A stretch of 64,000 nt of DNA from Candidatus Kaiserbacteria bacterium (GTDB lineage: Bacteria; Patescibacteriota; Minisyncoccia; Phycocordibacterales; UBA2100). A program made the translations under genes and the position numbers. Of the stretch, positions 63,060-64,000 are shown in pieces; positions within the stretch are counted from its first letter, which is position 1, and each line of letters opens with the position of its first letter. The stretch spans positions 66,430 to 130,429 of the forward strand of contig CAVYCR010000001.1 of the NCBI GenBank assembly GCA_963767115.1. The letters run 5' to 3'. A model generated the notes under the pieces. That model ran no database searches. It was not told where the DNA came from and saw only the letters and a list, made by a program, of their open reading frames with translations.

Positions 63060-63626
63060 TCAGAGCTTATTCTTCGTGTATTTCTTCCAAATATCCAGAT
63101 CATACGCGGCAAAGTCGGTCACAGAATTTTTCTTTAGATGTGCGACGAATACTTTTTCGAGTTCAGCATATCTCTTTTCTGAAGGCGTAGAGCGCAGCTG
63201 AGTGAATCCCAAACGGCGAAGTTCTTTCAAGACATGTGTGTCGATCACGGCGAGCTCCTGATGCGGCCGGCTGTGGAGGACGAAGAAACGCGCGGTCTTT
63301 GACTTGATCCCGGGGAATTGTTGAAGATCTTCGACGCTGCATGTCTGCAAGTCGATTCCTGAGTGCGCTAGTTGCGAGAATGATTTCGTGAGCAGATTGT
63401 ACTTACCTATTTTGTGTTTTTGTAACCGTTCTCTAAGTGAGTCGTCAGCTTCCCACGACCTGATCTTCTCAAAAGGCGAGCCGCCATTTTCCTCGAAGAG
63501 AAATGTATGCATCTTACGCGACTGCTGCACGGCGTTCTTGCCGGCAAAGGCGACTGCATTCAGTATGAATTCCTCGAGCTTATCAGCTGAGGGGTCGCTG
63601 AGCGTGATCTGAAACGGATCGATCAT
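63060..63626 (-). CDS. HhH-GPD superfamily DNA glycosylase-like protein
   Basis: The helix-hairpin-helix block LQQFPGIKSKTARFFVLHS followed by LAVIDTHVLKELRRLG resembles Nth/Ogg/AlkA-type base-excision enzymes. Confidence 0.55.
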   Translation of the reverse strand: MIDPFQITLSDPSADKLEEFILNAVAFAGKNAVQQSRKMHTFLFEENGGSPFEKIRSWEADDSLRERLQKHKIGKYNLLTKSFSQLAHSGIDLQTCSVEDLQQFPGIKSKTARFFVLHSRPHQELAVIDTHVLKELRRLGFTQLRSTPSEKRYAELEKVFVAHLKKNSVTDFAAYDLDIWKKYTKNKL

Positions 63627-63680
63627 CGCCGTACGATACGCGCGATCGTAAGCACCTGCAATGAAAGCAGCTTTTGATGA

Positions 63681-64000
63681 TTAGTGTAGTGGTGAGCGCT
63701 GCCCGCCCCATTCAACGACGGTAAATCCGATGCGTTTCGGCGCCGTAAGCGGCTCGGGCGTCACGATGATCGGCGCGGGGAGCGGCTTGTAGAGCATGTA
63801 GACGCGGATAGTTGTCTGCGGCGCGGGCGTGATCGTCATCGGCACGAGCTTGTCGTAGTCACTCTGCGGCATGAAGTAGACATAGACGTACGGCTCGCTT
63901 GTCGTCATGCGCGGCTGCCAGTAAGCGATGAAATCAGTGATCTCACTCCCCTTGAGTCCTTGTGCAGCGAGTGATGTCTTCAGGAACGAGCCTATATCGC
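63681..64000 (-). CDS. Partial CDS (C-terminal part; 5' end beyond the window): hypothetical protein
   Basis: Track ORF 63681..63908 is open upstream to the window edge (hand translation ...DIGSFLKTSLAAQGLKGSEITDFIAYWQPRMTTSEPYVYVYF...). Confidence 0.5.
   Translation of the reverse strand, partial: DIGSFLKTSLAAQGLKGSEITDFIAYWQPRMTTSEPYVYVYFMPQSDYDKLVPMTITPAPQTTIRVYMLYKPLPAPIIVTPEPLTAPKRIGFTVVEWGGQRSPLH

Noticed and set aside
1-64000. Alternative genetic code (for example UGA read as Gly, as in some candidate phyla) as an explanation for the broken genes
   Set aside because: TGA, TAA and TAG all terminate well-conserved intact genes at the expected positions (rpmH and the LpxC-like gene with TGA; dnaA and dnaN with TAA; rpsO and yidC with TAG). 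The breaks are frame changes, not in-frame stops, apart from one TAG.

Overview
This is a chromosomal window with about 55 protein-coding genes and little non-coding space. It is centred on the replication-origin gene set, rpmH-rnpA-yidC-jag divergent from dnaA-dnaN. It also carries polA, tsaE, ruvB, ruvC, a class A PBP, rsmA, pcrA/uvrD, comM, rpsO, several SAM methyltransferases, a BrnT/BrnA toxin-antitoxin pair and many signal-peptide or membrane-anchored hypotheticals.

The gene content suggests a reduced Patescibacteria/CPR-like or Gram-positive-type organism. The supporting features are a 9.65-kb giant surface-protein gene, a PrgI/VirB4-type secretion cluster with a pilin-like gene, a type IV pilus ATPase, and -10 boxes sitting 6-8 nt from start codons. 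This taxonomic placement is inference only. I recognised no rRNA, tRNA, CRISPR array or transposase.

The most notable observations are:
1. Four copies of a conserved ~71-nt core, arranged as two head-to-head pairs at 24964-25247 and 44625-44896. Each core is clamped by its own unique, essentially perfect 29-32-bp inverted repeat. Further long inverted repeats with related arm ends lie nearby, and two of these loci sit exactly 13 nt from a perfect DnaA box.
2. An 11-gene type-IV-secretion-like locus at 27262-40591 with no relaxase or coupling protein in the window.
3. Frameshifts are strikingly non-random. pilB, prgI-like, virB4-like, pnp and rarA are each broken many times, and essentially always in the direction of a 1-nt insertion. 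About 45 kb of other coding sequence, including the 9.65-kb ORF, is intact.
4. The giant Ig/FN3/lectin-like surface protein.
5. An LpxC-like gene in a four-gene block that separates rpsO from pnp.

All calls come from reading the translations and the sequence by eye. No database search was possible.
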